Source: Anaeromyxobacter sp.
GTDB lineage: Bacteria; Myxococcota; Myxococcia; Myxococcales; Anaeromyxobacteraceae
Assembly: GCA_049840735.1 (NCBI GenBank)
Contig: JASGJN010000010.1
Coordinates: 1-64,000, forward strand
Length of the DNA stretch: 64,000 bases
Direction: 5' to 3'
The translations under genes and the position numbers were made by a program. The first letter of the stretch is position 1. The number at the start of each line of letters is the position of its first letter. This document shows, piece after piece, positions 34,601 through 44,733 of this stretch. The notes below the pieces were generated by a model. The model had not been told where the DNA came from, searched no databases, and saw nothing but the letters and a program-made list of their open reading frames with translations.

Positions 34601-35371
34601 CTAGCTCCGGCGCCGCAGGATGAACGGCAGGTGCACCGCGTCGTCCTTGTAGTCGGTGCAGAGGGCGTACATGGCCAGGTTCACGCCCACGCGGAAGGCG
34701 GCCTCGCGCTGCGCCTCGCCGCCGGGCGTGCACGGGTACTCCCAGTCGCCCAGCTCGCTGCGGGCCCAGGCGCCGCCCAGGTCGTTCTGCGAGTAGACGA
34801 CGGCCAGCCGCCCGTCCAGCGCCTGCGCCTCGAGCCAGGGCTTCACCATCACCCGCCCGCCCAGCCGGTCGAGCAGGTAGAAGGTCTTGAAGAGGACGTG
34901 ATCGCGGGCCACCGGCGCGAGCGGCGCGGCCGGCAGGATCGCCGCCAGCTCGCGCCGGACCGAGGCGTCGAAGCCGGAGCCGTCGGAGCCGTCGGCGGCG
35001 TCCACCAGGAGCATGCCGCCGTACTGCAGGTGGCGGCGCAGGGCGGCCCGCTCCGGCTCGGAGAAGGGCGGCAGCGCGCCGGCGCCGGCCAGGTAGAGCA
35101 GCGGGTGCTGGTGGAGCCCCGGCCGATCGAGCCGGACCGGCACCGCGCCGGGCGCGGGCTCGATGGAGGTGCGCCGCGCCAGCTCCCAGCCCAGCCGCCG
35201 CAGCGCGCTGGGGCGGGGGTTCCAGTTGCCGCCGTGCTGCACCTGCCCGATCTCGAGCATGGACGGCACCGGCATCGCGCCGCCGCGCCGCGGGACGGCG
35301 GCGGCGGCGAGGGCGAGCGCGGCGCCGCGGAGGAAGGCGCGGCGCGGGAAGGGACGGGGACCTGGGGGCAT
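34601..35371 (-). CDS. DUF4159 family protein with Tat-like signal
   Basis: RRAFLRG Tat motif; HPLLYLAG, L..GGMLLVD, DH.LFK.FY, GVNLAMYAL..DYK.D. Confidence 0.85.
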   Translation of the reverse strand: MPPGPRPFPRRAFLRGAALALAAAAVPRRGGAMPVPSMLEIGQVQHGGNWNPRPSALRRLGWELARRTSIEPAPGAVPVRLDRPGLHQHPLLYLAGAGALPPFSEPERAALRRHLQYGGMLLVDAADGSDGSGFDASVRRELAAILPAAPLAPVARDHVLFKTFYLLDRLGGRVMVKPWLEAQALDGRLAVVYSQNDLGGAWARSELGDWEYPCTPGGEAQREAAFRVGVNLAMYALCTDYKDDAVHLPFILRRRS

Positions 35372-35502
35372 CGCGGGTGCCGGCCAGGCGGCGCGACGGC
35401 GCCTCCCCGGCCAGGATCCTCAGTCTAGGGCCAACCGCGCCGGCGCGCCCGGAGAATCCGGCACCGGCGTCGGCCGCCCCGGCCGTGCTAGAGTCCGCGC
35501 CC

Positions 35503-35754
35503 ATGTCACGGAAGGAGAGGGCGAAGGCGGCGCGCCTGGACCGGCTCGAGGCCCTGCTGGCAGAGGGGGCCCACCGGGCGGCGGGCGAGGCGGCGCGGGC
35601 GGTGCTGGCCGACCAGGGCGCAAGCGACGAGGAGCGCGCGGGGGCCGCGCGGGTGCGCCGCTCGCTGCGCCCGGAGCCGGGCGCGGTGCTGGCGGGCGCG
35701 CTGGCGGCGGCCCTGGCGGTGGTGGTGGCCCTCTGGACCGTGCTGCGGGGCTGA
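35503..35754 (+). CDS. Small hypothetical membrane protein
   Basis: 83 aa with C-terminal hydrophobic helix; TAGAGT 8 nt upstream. Confidence 0.65.
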   Translation: MSRKERAKAARLDRLEALLAEGAHRAAGEAARAVLADQGASDEERAGAARVRRSLRPEPGAVLAGALAAALAVVVALWTVLRG

Positions 35755-35755
35755 C

Positions 35756-36427
35756 GTGAGCGGCGTGATGGCGACCGCGGCGAACGTGCTGGAGCCCCGC
35801 CTGGTGGAGGCGCTGGGGGGGCTGGCGCGGCTCGCGCTGGAGCTCCGCCGCGCCGGTCCGGCCCTGGGCATCCCGGTGGCGCTGGTCGGCCTGGTGGCGG
35901 CGGTGGCCGGCGAGCGGCTGGGCCGCGTCACGGCCGCGGCCGGGGGCGCGCTGGTGGGCGCCCTGGCGGCGCAGGCGGCCGGCGGCTGGCTGGACGCGCA
36001 GACCGGGCTGGGGGCGGGCGTGGTCGCGCTGGCGGCGGCCGGCCTGCTGGGCGCCGCGTGCGCCTTCTGGCCCATGGGCTTCCCGGTGGCGGCCGGCGGC
36101 CTGGTGGGCGCGCTGCTGGGGATCCACGTCCCGGTGGGCGGCCACGACTGGCTGGGCGCGGTCATCGCCGGCGCGGTGGGGGCCGGGCTCTGCCTGGTGG
36201 GCGCCCGCTCCGTGGGCGTGTTCCTGGCCGCGTTCGCCGGCGGGGTGGCCCTGGCCGCGGGGCTGTTGGCCACCTTCGGCGGCGGCGGGCTGGGGGCCGA
36301 GCTGGCCGCCCGGCCCTTCGCCCTGCTGGGCTTCGGGCTGGTGGTGGGGATCGCCGGGGCGTCCTACCAGCTGTCGCGCGCGCCGGCCCAGGGCGGCAAG
36401 CCCGGCCCGCCCGCGCTGGAGACCTGA
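35756..36427 (+). CDS. Hypothetical multi-pass membrane protein
   Basis: Gly/Ala/Leu-rich repeated hydrophobic segments; adjoins the upstream gene. Confidence 0.75.
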   Translation: MSGVMATAANVLEPRLVEALGGLARLALELRRAGPALGIPVALVGLVAAVAGERLGRVTAAAGGALVGALAAQAAGGWLDAQTGLGAGVVALAAAGLLGAACAFWPMGFPVAAGGLVGALLGIHVPVGGHDWLGAVIAGAVGAGLCLVGARSVGVFLAAFAGGVALAAGLLATFGGGGLGAELAARPFALLGFGLVVGIAGASYQLSRAPAQGGKPGPPALET

Positions 36428-36433
36428 GGCGCG

Positions 36434-37405
36434 CTACTCCGGCGGGCCCAGCAGCTCGAAGTCCGGGATCTCGGCCCGCAGGTAGTCCCGCAGCCGGGCG
36501 GTCAGCTTGGCCTCGATCTGGCGGGCGCGCTCGCGCGTGAGCTTGAAGCGGTCGCCGATCTCCTGCAGCGTCAGGGGCGCGGTCCCCTCCGGCGGCAGCA
36601 GGCGGTGCTGGAAGATGTACCGCTCCTTCTCGTCGGTGACGCCCTCCGCGAACTCCTCCAGCTTCTCGCGGAAGATCCGGCGCAGCTCCTCGTCGCCGAG
36701 CTGCGTGTCGGCGCCGGGCTCGCCGGTGTCGCCCATGCGGTCCAGCCGCGTCTGGCGCGTGTCCTCGCCGTCGGGGCCCACCGGCGCGTCGAGCGAGAGG
36801 TCGTCGGCGGCCATGCGCGCCGCCATCTCCTCGACGTCCTTCTCCTCCACGTCGAGGTTCCTGGCCAGCAGCCGCGGCGTGGGCTCGATGCCGCGCGCCA
36901 GCAGCTTCTCGCGCTCCTTGGCCAGGTTGAAGAAGAGCTTGCGCTGGGCCTGGGTGGTCCCCAGCTTCACCATCCGCCAGTTCTCCATGATGAAGCGGAT
37001 GATGTACGCGCGGATCCACCAGGCCGCGTAGGACGAGAGCTTCACGCCCTTCCACGGGTCGTACTTCTTGACCGCCTGCATGAGCCCCATGTTCCCCTCC
37101 TGGATCAGGTCCAGGAGCTGGAACGCGGTGCGCCGGTACTCGTGGGCGATCTTCACCACCAGTCGCAGGTTGGCGGCCACCAGCCGGTAGGCGGCGTCCA
37201 CCTCACCGGTCTCCCGGTAGCGGACCGCCAGCGCGTGCTCCTCCTCGCGCGAGAGGACCGGGTGCCGCTGCACCTCGGCCATGTAGGCGCGCAGCGGGTC
37301 GTAGCGGACGAGGCCGCCGCCACCGTCCTGCGACCCGCGCTCCGGCAGGGCCGGGAGGGCACGGCCCGTCTCCGGGCTCTCGTCGTCGTGCGTCTCGTCC
37401 GTCAT
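36434..37405 (-). CDS. rpoH: Sigma-32 (RpoH)-family sigma factor
   Basis: NLRLVVKIA, DLIQEGNMGLM, RpoH box QRKLFFNL, TLQEIG...TRERARQIE. Confidence 0.93.
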   Translation of the reverse strand: MTDETHDDESPETGRALPALPERGSQDGGGGLVRYDPLRAYMAEVQRHPVLSREEEHALAVRYRETGEVDAAYRLVAANLRLVVKIAHEYRRTAFQLLDLIQEGNMGLMQAVKKYDPWKGVKLSSYAAWWIRAYIIRFIMENWRMVKLGTTQAQRKLFFNLAKEREKLLARGIEPTPRLLARNLDVEEKDVEEMAARMAADDLSLDAPVGPDGEDTRQTRLDRMGDTGEPGADTQLGDEELRRIFREKLEEFAEGVTDEKERYIFQHRLLPPEGTAPLTLQEIGDRFKLTRERARQIEAKLTARLRDYLRAEIPDFELLGPPE

Positions 37406-37478
37406 GGCCAGGAACCGGCGGCGGACCGGGGGGGGCCCCCCGGGGGGCCGAATGTGGCGGCCGCGCCGGATCGTTGTG

Positions 37479-37505
37479 ATATAGGTGCTTGGCCTCGCGC
37501 GCAAG
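37479..37505 (-). promoter_or_regulatory. Possible sigma-32-type promoter upstream of the rpoH-like gene
   Basis: CTTG-N16-CCTATAT on the minus strand. Confidence 0.5.
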
Positions 37506-37663
37506 GCGCGAGTCGACACGCCGGCGCATGGCGGTTTTCGCGGAACGGCGCGGACTTCGGTTCCCCCCAGTGTGAAGCCGAGGCCCACGCGGTTTCAGTG
37601 CGAGAGCCCGCCATGCGCCGCCTAGAGCGCCTCCCCGAGCGGGAGGCCACGAGGTGGTACAGC

Positions 37664-39568
37664 ATGGAAGAGGTCCAGGACGGGGCGCCCGCCGCGGCGC
37701 CCTCGGATTACATCTCCGAAGCATCCTTCGACGAGCTCGGGCTCTCCGAGCCGGTCCGCCGCGCGGTCGCGGAGCGCGGCTACGTCAAGCCCACGCCGGT
37801 CCAGAGCGCGACCTTCCGTCCCATCCGCGACGGCAAGGACGTGATCGTCCGGAGCAAGACCGGCACCGGCAAGACCGCCGCCTTCGCCATCCCCATCCTG
37901 GAGCGGATCCCGGACGGCCGGCGCAAGCCGTCGGCGCTGGTGATGTGCCCCACCCGCGAGCTGGCCCTGCAGGTGGCGGACGAGTTCAACGCGCTGGCCA
38001 AGCACCGCGACCTGACGGTCGTGGCGGTGTACGGCGGCGCGTCCATGGGCGAGCAGCTCGACAAGCTGCAGGCCGGCGCCGAGATCATCGTCGGCACGCC
38101 GGGCCGCATCTACGACCACATCCGCCGCAAGACGCTCCGGCTCGACGACGCCGTCGCGTGCTGCCTCGACGAGGCGGACGAGATGCTCAACATGGGCTTC
38201 TTCGAGGAGGTCACGCGGATCCTCGACCACCTGCCGGACGACGCGCAGCAGCTGCTCTTCTCCGCCACCGTCCCGGCCGACATCGAGCAGATCATCCGCG
38301 ACTACCTGACCGAGCCGGAGACCATCCTGCTCTCGGGCGACGAGTACTCGGTCGAGAACATCACCAACGTGATGTACCCGACGGTCGACGCCTACCCGAA
38401 GCCGCGCAACCTCCTCTACATGATCGAGATCGAGGAGCCGGAGACGGCCATCGTCTTCTGCAACACCCGCAACGACACCAGCCTGGTGGCGGCGGTGCTG
38501 AACCGGAACGGCTACGACGCCGAGCTCCTCAACGGCGACCTGCCGCAGAAGGAGCGCGAGCGGGTGATGGCCAAGGTGAAGCGCGGCGAGGTCCGCTTCA
38601 TGGTGGCGACCGACATCGCCGCCCGCGGCATCGACATCTCCGACCTCTCCCACGTCATCAACTACTCGCTGCCGGAGGACCCCGCCGTCTTCCTGCACCG
38701 CGTGGGCCGCACCGGCCGCATCGGCAAGAAGGGCACCAGCCTCTCGCTGGTCTCCGGCGCCGACATCCACACGCTCACCGCGCTGCAGAAGAAGTTCGGG
38801 ATCGACTTCCAGCAGAAGGCGCTGCCCACGCCGGACGAGGCCCGCCGCATCTGGACCGAGCGCCACGTGGGTGAGCTGAAGGACGCCATGAGCGCGTCCA
38901 TCTTCGAGGCCTTCATCCCGCTGGCCCAGGAGCTGAAGCACCGGCCGGACGGCGAGTTCCTGATCGCCTTCGCGCTCAAGTCCTTCTTCACCCACCACCG
39001 CATGGAGCGGGCGCAGGACCGGGAGAAGGCCGAGCACAAGCGGACCGAGCACGAGCGCCGCGCGCGCCCGGACGCGCCGCGCGCGCGCGACGGCGAGGAG
39101 GGGCGCGGCCGGCGGGATCGCGACGGCCGCGAGGGTCGGCGGGATCGCGACGGCCGGCGCGAGCGCGGCGGGCGCGACCGGGATCGCGGCGGGCGCGGGG
39201 AGCGCGGGGAGCGCAGCGAGCGGACGGCGGAGGCCGCCGTCGAGGCGCCGACCACCCCGTCCGTCGAGGTGGCGGCCGGGGAGGTGCCTGCTTCCCAGGC
39301 AGCCGAGGCGGCGCCCCAGCGGCCGCCTCGCGCCAAGATCTTCCTGACCCTGGGCGAGGCGGACGGGGCCGACGAGGCCAAGGTCCGCGAGGCGCTCCAG
39401 GCGCTGGTCCCCGGCCTCGAGCCGGTGGCGGTCGAGCTGCGGCGCGCCCACAGCTTCATCGAGGTGAAGCCGGAGCAGCTGGACGAGACCGTCGCCGCGC
39501 TGAACGGCAAGGAGTTTGGCGGCAAGCAGCTCTCCGCGGAGAAGGCCCGCCGTCCGCGGCGGCGCTGA
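37664..39568 (+). CDS. DEAD-box RNA helicase with C-terminal DbpA-like RNA-binding domain
   Basis: TGTGKT, PTRELA, TPGR, DEAD, SAT, ARGID, HRVGRTGR; Arg/Asp-rich linker. Confidence 0.96.
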   Translation: MEEVQDGAPAAAPSDYISEASFDELGLSEPVRRAVAERGYVKPTPVQSATFRPIRDGKDVIVRSKTGTGKTAAFAIPILERIPDGRRKPSALVMCPTRELALQVADEFNALAKHRDLTVVAVYGGASMGEQLDKLQAGAEIIVGTPGRIYDHIRRKTLRLDDAVACCLDEADEMLNMGFFEEVTRILDHLPDDAQQLLFSATVPADIEQIIRDYLTEPETILLSGDEYSVENITNVMYPTVDAYPKPRNLLYMIEIEEPETAIVFCNTRNDTSLVAAVLNRNGYDAELLNGDLPQKERERVMAKVKRGEVRFMVATDIAARGIDISDLSHVINYSLPEDPAVFLHRVGRTGRIGKKGTSLSLVSGADIHTLTALQKKFGIDFQQKALPTPDEARRIWTERHVGELKDAMSASIFEAFIPLAQELKHRPDGEFLIAFALKSFFTHHRMERAQDREKAEHKRTEHERRARPDAPRARDGEEGRGRRDRDGREGRRDRDGRRERGGRDRDRGGRGERGERSERTAEAAVEAPTTPSVEVAAGEVPASQAAEAAPQRPPRAKIFLTLGEADGADEAKVREALQALVPGLEPVAVELRRAHSFIEVKPEQLDETVAALNGKEFGGKQLSAEKARRPRRR

Positions 39569-39683
39569 GCCGACGCCCCGGGACGGGGCCGCCGCTGGCG
39601 CGGCTCCGTCCACCCTCCGTTTATCGCCCGGGGGCTCCACCCGACCTCACCGCGTGGGGTAGAGTGGGCCTTCCGGGGGATGG

Positions 39684-41747
39684 ATGGCCCTTTCGACGAC
39701 GCCCGAGCTCCTGCGTGAGCTCGCGACCCTCTACCGCAGGATCGCCGAGCTCGAGGATGCCGGGGGACTCCGTCCTGGCGAGGGGGCGCCCTCCGAGCTC
39801 CGGCGCGACGCCCAGGGCCTGGCGGCCGGCCTGCACGCCCCGGTCGCCGCCCTGTCGAGCGACGTCATCGGCGTGCTGTCGCCCGCCGGCGACCTGCTCT
39901 TCGTCAGCGACGCGGTCGAGGCGGTCTTCGGGTACCGCTCGGACGAGCTGGTCGGGCGCAACGCCTGGTCGTTCGTCCACGAGGAGGACCTCGCCACCAT
40001 GGCCAGCGCGCGCTCGGCGCCGCTCGACGACGGCCTGCCGGTCGAGGTGCGGGTCAAGTGCGCCAGCGGCGACCTGCGCCGGGTCGAGTTCTCCGCCCGC
40101 GCCTGGCCGGCCGAGGCGCCCCGCTACATCGTGGCGCGCTGGCGGGTCCCCGCCGGAGAGGCTGCCGCGCCCGCCGGGCTGGACGCCCAGCGGCTGGCGG
40201 ACGAGCTGCGCCGGGCCGCGGCCCTGGCCCGCATCAGCCAGCTGGCGCTGGGGCTGCCGCAGCTCTCCGACGTGCTGGACGCGGCGGTGGCGCTGGCGCC
40301 CCCGGCGCTGGGGCTGCCGCTGGGCGCGTACCTGGAGCCGGGCGTGGGCGGCTTCCGCGTCCGGGCCGAGACCGGCTTCCCGGCCGGCATCCGGGAGCGG
40401 CCGGTCCCGCTGGTGATGACCGCGGCCGGGCTGGTGCAGGCGGGCGGGGCGCCGGTGCGGGTGCTGGAGCTGTCGCGCGACAGCCGGCTGGCGGACCCGC
40501 TGCTCGAGTCGGCGGGCGCCTCCTGCGCGGTGGCGGTGCCGGTCCGCGGCAAGGAGCGCGCGCACGGCGTGCTGCTGGCGGCGGGGCGGCGCGCGCGCCA
40601 CTTCGAGCCGGAGGAGGTCCACTTCATGGAGACGGTGGCCAACGTGCTGGCCACCGCGCTGGATGCCCGCGCCGCCCAGGACGCGCTGCGGGCGCGCGAG
40701 CGGCTGGCGCGCGCGGTCTTCGACCAGGCCCGCGACGGCATGGCCATCGTGGACGGGGAGGGGCGCTGCCTGGAGGTGAACGCCGCGGCGGAGCGCGTGC
40801 TGGGCGCGTCCTTCGAGGCGCTGCGCGGCCGCCGCCCGGCGGAGGTGGCGGGCGTGGGCGTGGACCTGCGGCCGCACGCGGCCCGACGCCAGGGCGACGC
40901 GGGGGTGACCGCGGCCGTGGGCGCGCGCATGGTCGAGGCGGAGATCGTGCCGGACATCGTGCCGGGGCTGTCGCTGGCGGTGGTGCGGGACGTCACCGAG
41001 CGCGAGGAGATGGTGAACCGCCTGTCGCTGGCCGACCGGCTCATCTCGGTGGGCACGCTGGCGGCGGGGGTGGCGCACGAGCTCAACACCCCGCTGGCCT
41101 ACGTGACCTCGAACCTGCACTACCTCTCGGACGCGATGCAGGAGGCGAAGCAGCTCTCCGGGCAGGACGCGGAGGAGGCGCTGCGCGAGTCGGTCGAGGG
41201 CGTGGCGCGCCTGCGGACCATCCTGGACGACCTGCGCAGCTTCGTGCGGACGCCGCGCAACGACGTGGGGCCGGCCGAGGTGGAGGCGGTGCTGCGGTCG
41301 GCCATCGCCATGACCTGGAGCGACGTGCGCCACCGCGCCAGGCTGGAGCGCGACGTGGAGCCGGTGCCGCCGGTGGTCGGCAACCCCTCGCGCCTGGTGC
41401 AGGTGTTCGTGAACCTGCTCCTGAACGCGGCCCAGGCCATCCCGGAGGCGGAGCGGGAGCGCCACCAGATCCGCGTCGCGGCGCGGCTGGCGGGGGAGGG
41501 GCGGGTGGCGGTCGAGGTGTCGGACACCGGCTGCGGCATCGAGGCGGTGATCCTGCCGCACATCTTCGAGCCGTTCTTCACCACCAAGCCGCCCAACGTC
41601 GGGACCGGGCTGGGGCTCTCGATCTGCCGCGCCATCGTCCACGGCCTGGGCGGCAGCATCGAGGTGGCGAGCCAGCCCGGGCGCGGCAGCACCTTCCGCG
41701 TGCTGCTGCCGGTGGCGGCGGGGCCGGCCTCCGCGCCCGAGGCGTAG
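39684..41747 (+). CDS. PAS-GAF-PAS histidine kinase
   Basis: FVHEED PAS, GAF (CAVAVPV...FEPEEVHF), GVAHELNTP, NLLLNAAQA, FEPFFTTK, GTGLGL. Confidence 0.93.
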   Translation: MALSTTPELLRELATLYRRIAELEDAGGLRPGEGAPSELRRDAQGLAAGLHAPVAALSSDVIGVLSPAGDLLFVSDAVEAVFGYRSDELVGRNAWSFVHEEDLATMASARSAPLDDGLPVEVRVKCASGDLRRVEFSARAWPAEAPRYIVARWRVPAGEAAAPAGLDAQRLADELRRAAALARISQLALGLPQLSDVLDAAVALAPPALGLPLGAYLEPGVGGFRVRAETGFPAGIRERPVPLVMTAAGLVQAGGAPVRVLELSRDSRLADPLLESAGASCAVAVPVRGKERAHGVLLAAGRRARHFEPEEVHFMETVANVLATALDARAAQDALRARERLARAVFDQARDGMAIVDGEGRCLEVNAAAERVLGASFEALRGRRPAEVAGVGVDLRPHAARRQGDAGVTAAVGARMVEAEIVPDIVPGLSLAVVRDVTEREEMVNRLSLADRLISVGTLAAGVAHELNTPLAYVTSNLHYLSDAMQEAKQLSGQDAEEALRESVEGVARLRTILDDLRSFVRTPRNDVGPAEVEAVLRSAIAMTWSDVRHRARLERDVEPVPPVVGNPSRLVQVFVNLLLNAAQAIPEAERERHQIRVAARLAGEGRVAVEVSDTGCGIEAVILPHIFEPFFTTKPPNVGTGLGLSICRAIVHGLGGSIEVASQPGRGSTFRVLLPVAAGPASAPEA

Positions 41748-41783
41748 CAGGCGCCGTCTGTCGAGGGACGGGCCATCCCGGAC

Positions 41784-41834
41784 CCGGTCAGCCTGAGCGT
41801 AGCCCCGCCGGTAGGCGGGGCGGAGTCGAAGGCC
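41784..41834 (+). repeat. REP-like intergenic element, copy 3
   Basis: CCGGTCAGCCTGAGCGTAGC-hairpin-GGAGTCGAAGG, between convergent genes. Confidence 0.75.
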
Positions 41835-41870
41835 GGCGCTGGCCGGCGCTCCCCTCGGCTTGGGCCCCGC

Positions 41871-43169
41871 TCAGTTCAGCGCCAGCGGCTCCGCCAGCTG
41901 GGCCTGCAGCGGCGCGATCTTCTCCTTGAAGTCGGGCATCCAGGCTTCGGGGAGGGGCGCGTCGCGCGGGATCTTGAGCTGCAGCGGGTTCACGTAGGCG
42001 CCGCCCTGCTTCACCGCGTAGTGGAGGTGGGGGCCGGTGGAGAGGCCGGTGTTGCCGGTGTAGCCGATCACCTGCTTCTGCGAGACCGCGCGGCCGGCCG
42101 AGACGGCCACGCCGGAGAGGTGGCAGTAGACGGACTCGAAGCCGTTGCGGTGGCGCAGGATGACCGACTTCCCGCAGCCGCCGTTCCAGCCCGCCTGCTT
42201 GACCATGCCGTCGCCCACCGCCCAGACCGGCGTGCCGATGGGCGCGCCGTAGTCCACGCCCTGGTGCGCCCGCTGGTAGCCGAGCAGCGGGTGGTTGCGG
42301 TTGCCGAAGCCGGAGGTGATGCGGGCGAACTTGAGCGGCGACTTGAGGAAGCCGCGGCGCGCCGAGGTGCCCTGGTCGTCGAAGTAGCTCACCTGCCCGG
42401 TGGGATCGGCGTAGCGGAAGAGCCGCTTTCGGCCGGTCGCGCTCCCCTCGTACTCGGCGGCCAGCACCTCGCCGTAGCGGAGCAGCCTGCCGTCGGCGAA
42501 CACCTTCTCCACCACGATGCGCATGGCGTCGCCGGCGCGGACGTCCAGGTAGAAGTCCACGTCCCAGGCCAGCACGTCGGAGGCCAGCACGGCCAGCTCC
42601 GGATCCTCGCCCGCCCGCTCCAGCGAGGCCCACAGCGAGCCCTCGATCCTCACGGCCACGCGCTCGGTGGTGGTGGTGAGGACCACCGGGCGCTTGGTGC
42701 CCTGCAGGGACCCGTCGGGCTGCCGCTCGACGATCCACTCGTCGGCCGGCCCCTGCCGGTAGGAGAAGCGGTGCAGCTCGCCGTCGGCGTCGCGCCGCTC
42801 GATGCGGAGCTGGTCGCCCGCGCGGGCGCGGTTGAAGGGGAAGAGGCCGGTGAGCGCGCGGACCACGCCGTTGACGCGGTCCATGGGCAGGTCGAGCTTC
42901 ACCAGCGCCTGCGCCAGCGTCTGGTTGCGCCCCAGCCGGACCGTGACGGCGCTGAAGCGCTCGGGCGGCGGGGCGGCCGCGATCACCGCCTCGGGCACCG
43001 GCGGCTGCGGCGCGGCCGCGACGGCGGGCGGCGCCTCGGGCACGGTGCGCAGCCGGCCGGCGGCGCCGGCCAGCGCGATCGCCAGGAGCGAGAGGAATCC
43101 GAGGCCGGCCAGCAGGGCGGGCAGGCGGCGGCGGGAGGGCAGGTCGTCGGGGCGGTGCTCGCGCATCAA
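41871..43169 (-). CDS. M23 peptidoglycan metallopeptidase (MepM/Csd3-like)
   Basis: HQGVD (HxxxD), YCHL, STGPHLHY (HxH); N-terminal anchor. Confidence 0.94.
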   Translation of the reverse strand: MMREHRPDDLPSRRRLPALLAGLGFLSLLAIALAGAAGRLRTVPEAPPAVAAAPQPPVPEAVIAAAPPPERFSAVTVRLGRNQTLAQALVKLDLPMDRVNGVVRALTGLFPFNRARAGDQLRIERRDADGELHRFSYRQGPADEWIVERQPDGSLQGTKRPVVLTTTTERVAVRIEGSLWASLERAGEDPELAVLASDVLAWDVDFYLDVRAGDAMRIVVEKVFADGRLLRYGEVLAAEYEGSATGRKRLFRYADPTGQVSYFDDQGTSARRGFLKSPLKFARITSGFGNRNHPLLGYQRAHQGVDYGAPIGTPVWAVGDGMVKQAGWNGGCGKSVILRHRNGFESVYCHLSGVAVSAGRAVSQKQVIGYTGNTGLSTGPHLHYAVKQGGAYVNPLQLKIPRDAPLPEAWMPDFKEKIAPLQAQLAEPLALN

Positions 43170-43228
43170 GGACCGAATGTACCAAACTCCGGGGACGCTT
43201 CTCTACCTGCCTGCCGCCCCACCTCCAC

Positions 43229-44726
43229 CTACAGGTCGGCGCGCCGCTCGGAGTGCTCCCGCCCGTCGAAGCGGAACAGGGTGCCGCGCCCCTCCACCTT
43301 GGAGTGCAGGTTCACCGGCCGCCGCCACATCGACTGCACGTTCCGCAGCGTGTCGCGCGCGTAGTCGAGCTTGAGGTCGACGCCGTCGTGCTTGTGCACC
43401 AGGTAGAGCTCGCCGCGGTTCTCGAAGTTCCCGTCCTCCACCGCGATGGTGGGCTGCCCGAAGTTGGTGAGCATGTGGAGGAGCTTCTCCTTCACCTTCT
43501 TGAACTCGCGCTCCACGATCTCCCAGCGCTGGTGCTTCTCGTTGTAGCCGAAGGTGAAGAGCTTCTGCTGCACCGAGAACTCGAGGGTGAGGAACTCGTC
43601 GATGAAGGTCACGTCGTTGTAGTGCTTGCGGACCTCGAAGATCTTCTCGCGCCCCAGCCCCAGCCGCTTGTCCCACTGCTGGCGCTGCACGAACGAGTCG
43701 CACTCGTCGTACTCCTTGCCGAAGCGCCCCTTGTTCCAGCGGTCCTCGATGTCGCGCCACAGCTCCACCCCCAGCTTGTAGGGGTTGAGCTGGCCGGGGT
43801 GCGTGGCGAGCGTGCCGGAGTGGTGGTCGGCGTAGTCGATGATCTCCGACGCCTCCAGCGCCTTCTCGGTCATGATTCTGGAGTGCCAGTAGGTGGCCCA
43901 CCCCTCGTTCATGATCTCTGGTCTGCCCCTGCGGCGCGAAGTAGTAGGCCTCCTCGCGCGCGATGGAGAGCACGTCGTGCTCCCACCGCTCCAGCGGCGC
44001 GTGCTCGAGCAGGAACAGCAGCACGTCGCGCTCGGGCCGCTCCGGGAACTTCTTCTTGCGGGCCGCCTCCTCGTCCAGCTTGCGCTGCTGGGCCTCCATG
44101 AAGTCGCGCGGGTTGATGTACTCGCGCATGTACTCGCGGTCGCTCTTGAAGCCGCGGGCCACCTGGCGCTCCTCGCCCTCGCCGGGGGTGGGCCGGTCCG
44201 GGCGCCGCTTCACGTAGGGTGACTGGTAGTCGATCAGGTTCTCCAGCGACAGGCAGCGGTCGATGAAGTCCTCGACCGGCTCGACGCCCAGCTTGTCCTG
44301 GTAGCGGCGGACCCGGGTGGCGTGGTTCGCCATCTGGTCCATCATCTTCCGGTTGGTGTGCCGGAACATGAAGTTGTTCTTGAAGAAGTCCACGTGCCCG
44401 AAGACGTGGGCCATGACCAGCTTCTGGTCCACGTCCATGTTGGACTCGAGCAGGTAGGCGTAGGAGGGGTCGTTGTTTATGACCATCTCGTAGATCTTCG
44501 AGAGGCCATACTCGTACCCCTTGCTGAGCCGCTCGTACTCCATCCCGAACCGCCAGTGCGGGTAGCGGTTGGGGAAGCCGCCGTAGGCGGCCACCATGTT
44601 GATCTCGTCGAACCCCAGCACCTCGAAGATGGTGTCGAAGAAGTCGAGGCCGTAGGCGCGCGCGTAGCCCTCGATCCGGTTGCGGATGTCGTGGAGGCGC
44701 GGCGGGAGGTGGGTGTGCTTGTCCAT
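43229..44726 (-). CDS. spoVR: SpoVR/YcgB family protein; +1 frameshift at about 43918
   Basis: [45 protein letters not shown] after repair, NPYKLG. Confidence 0.94.
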
Positions 44727-44733
44727 GGCGCCC

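Noticed and set aside
39085..39220. CGGCGGGATCGCGACGGCCG-like repeats as a possible CRISPR or tandem array
   Set aside because: They encode the Arg/Asp/Gly-rich helicase linker; no spacers and no cas genes in the window.
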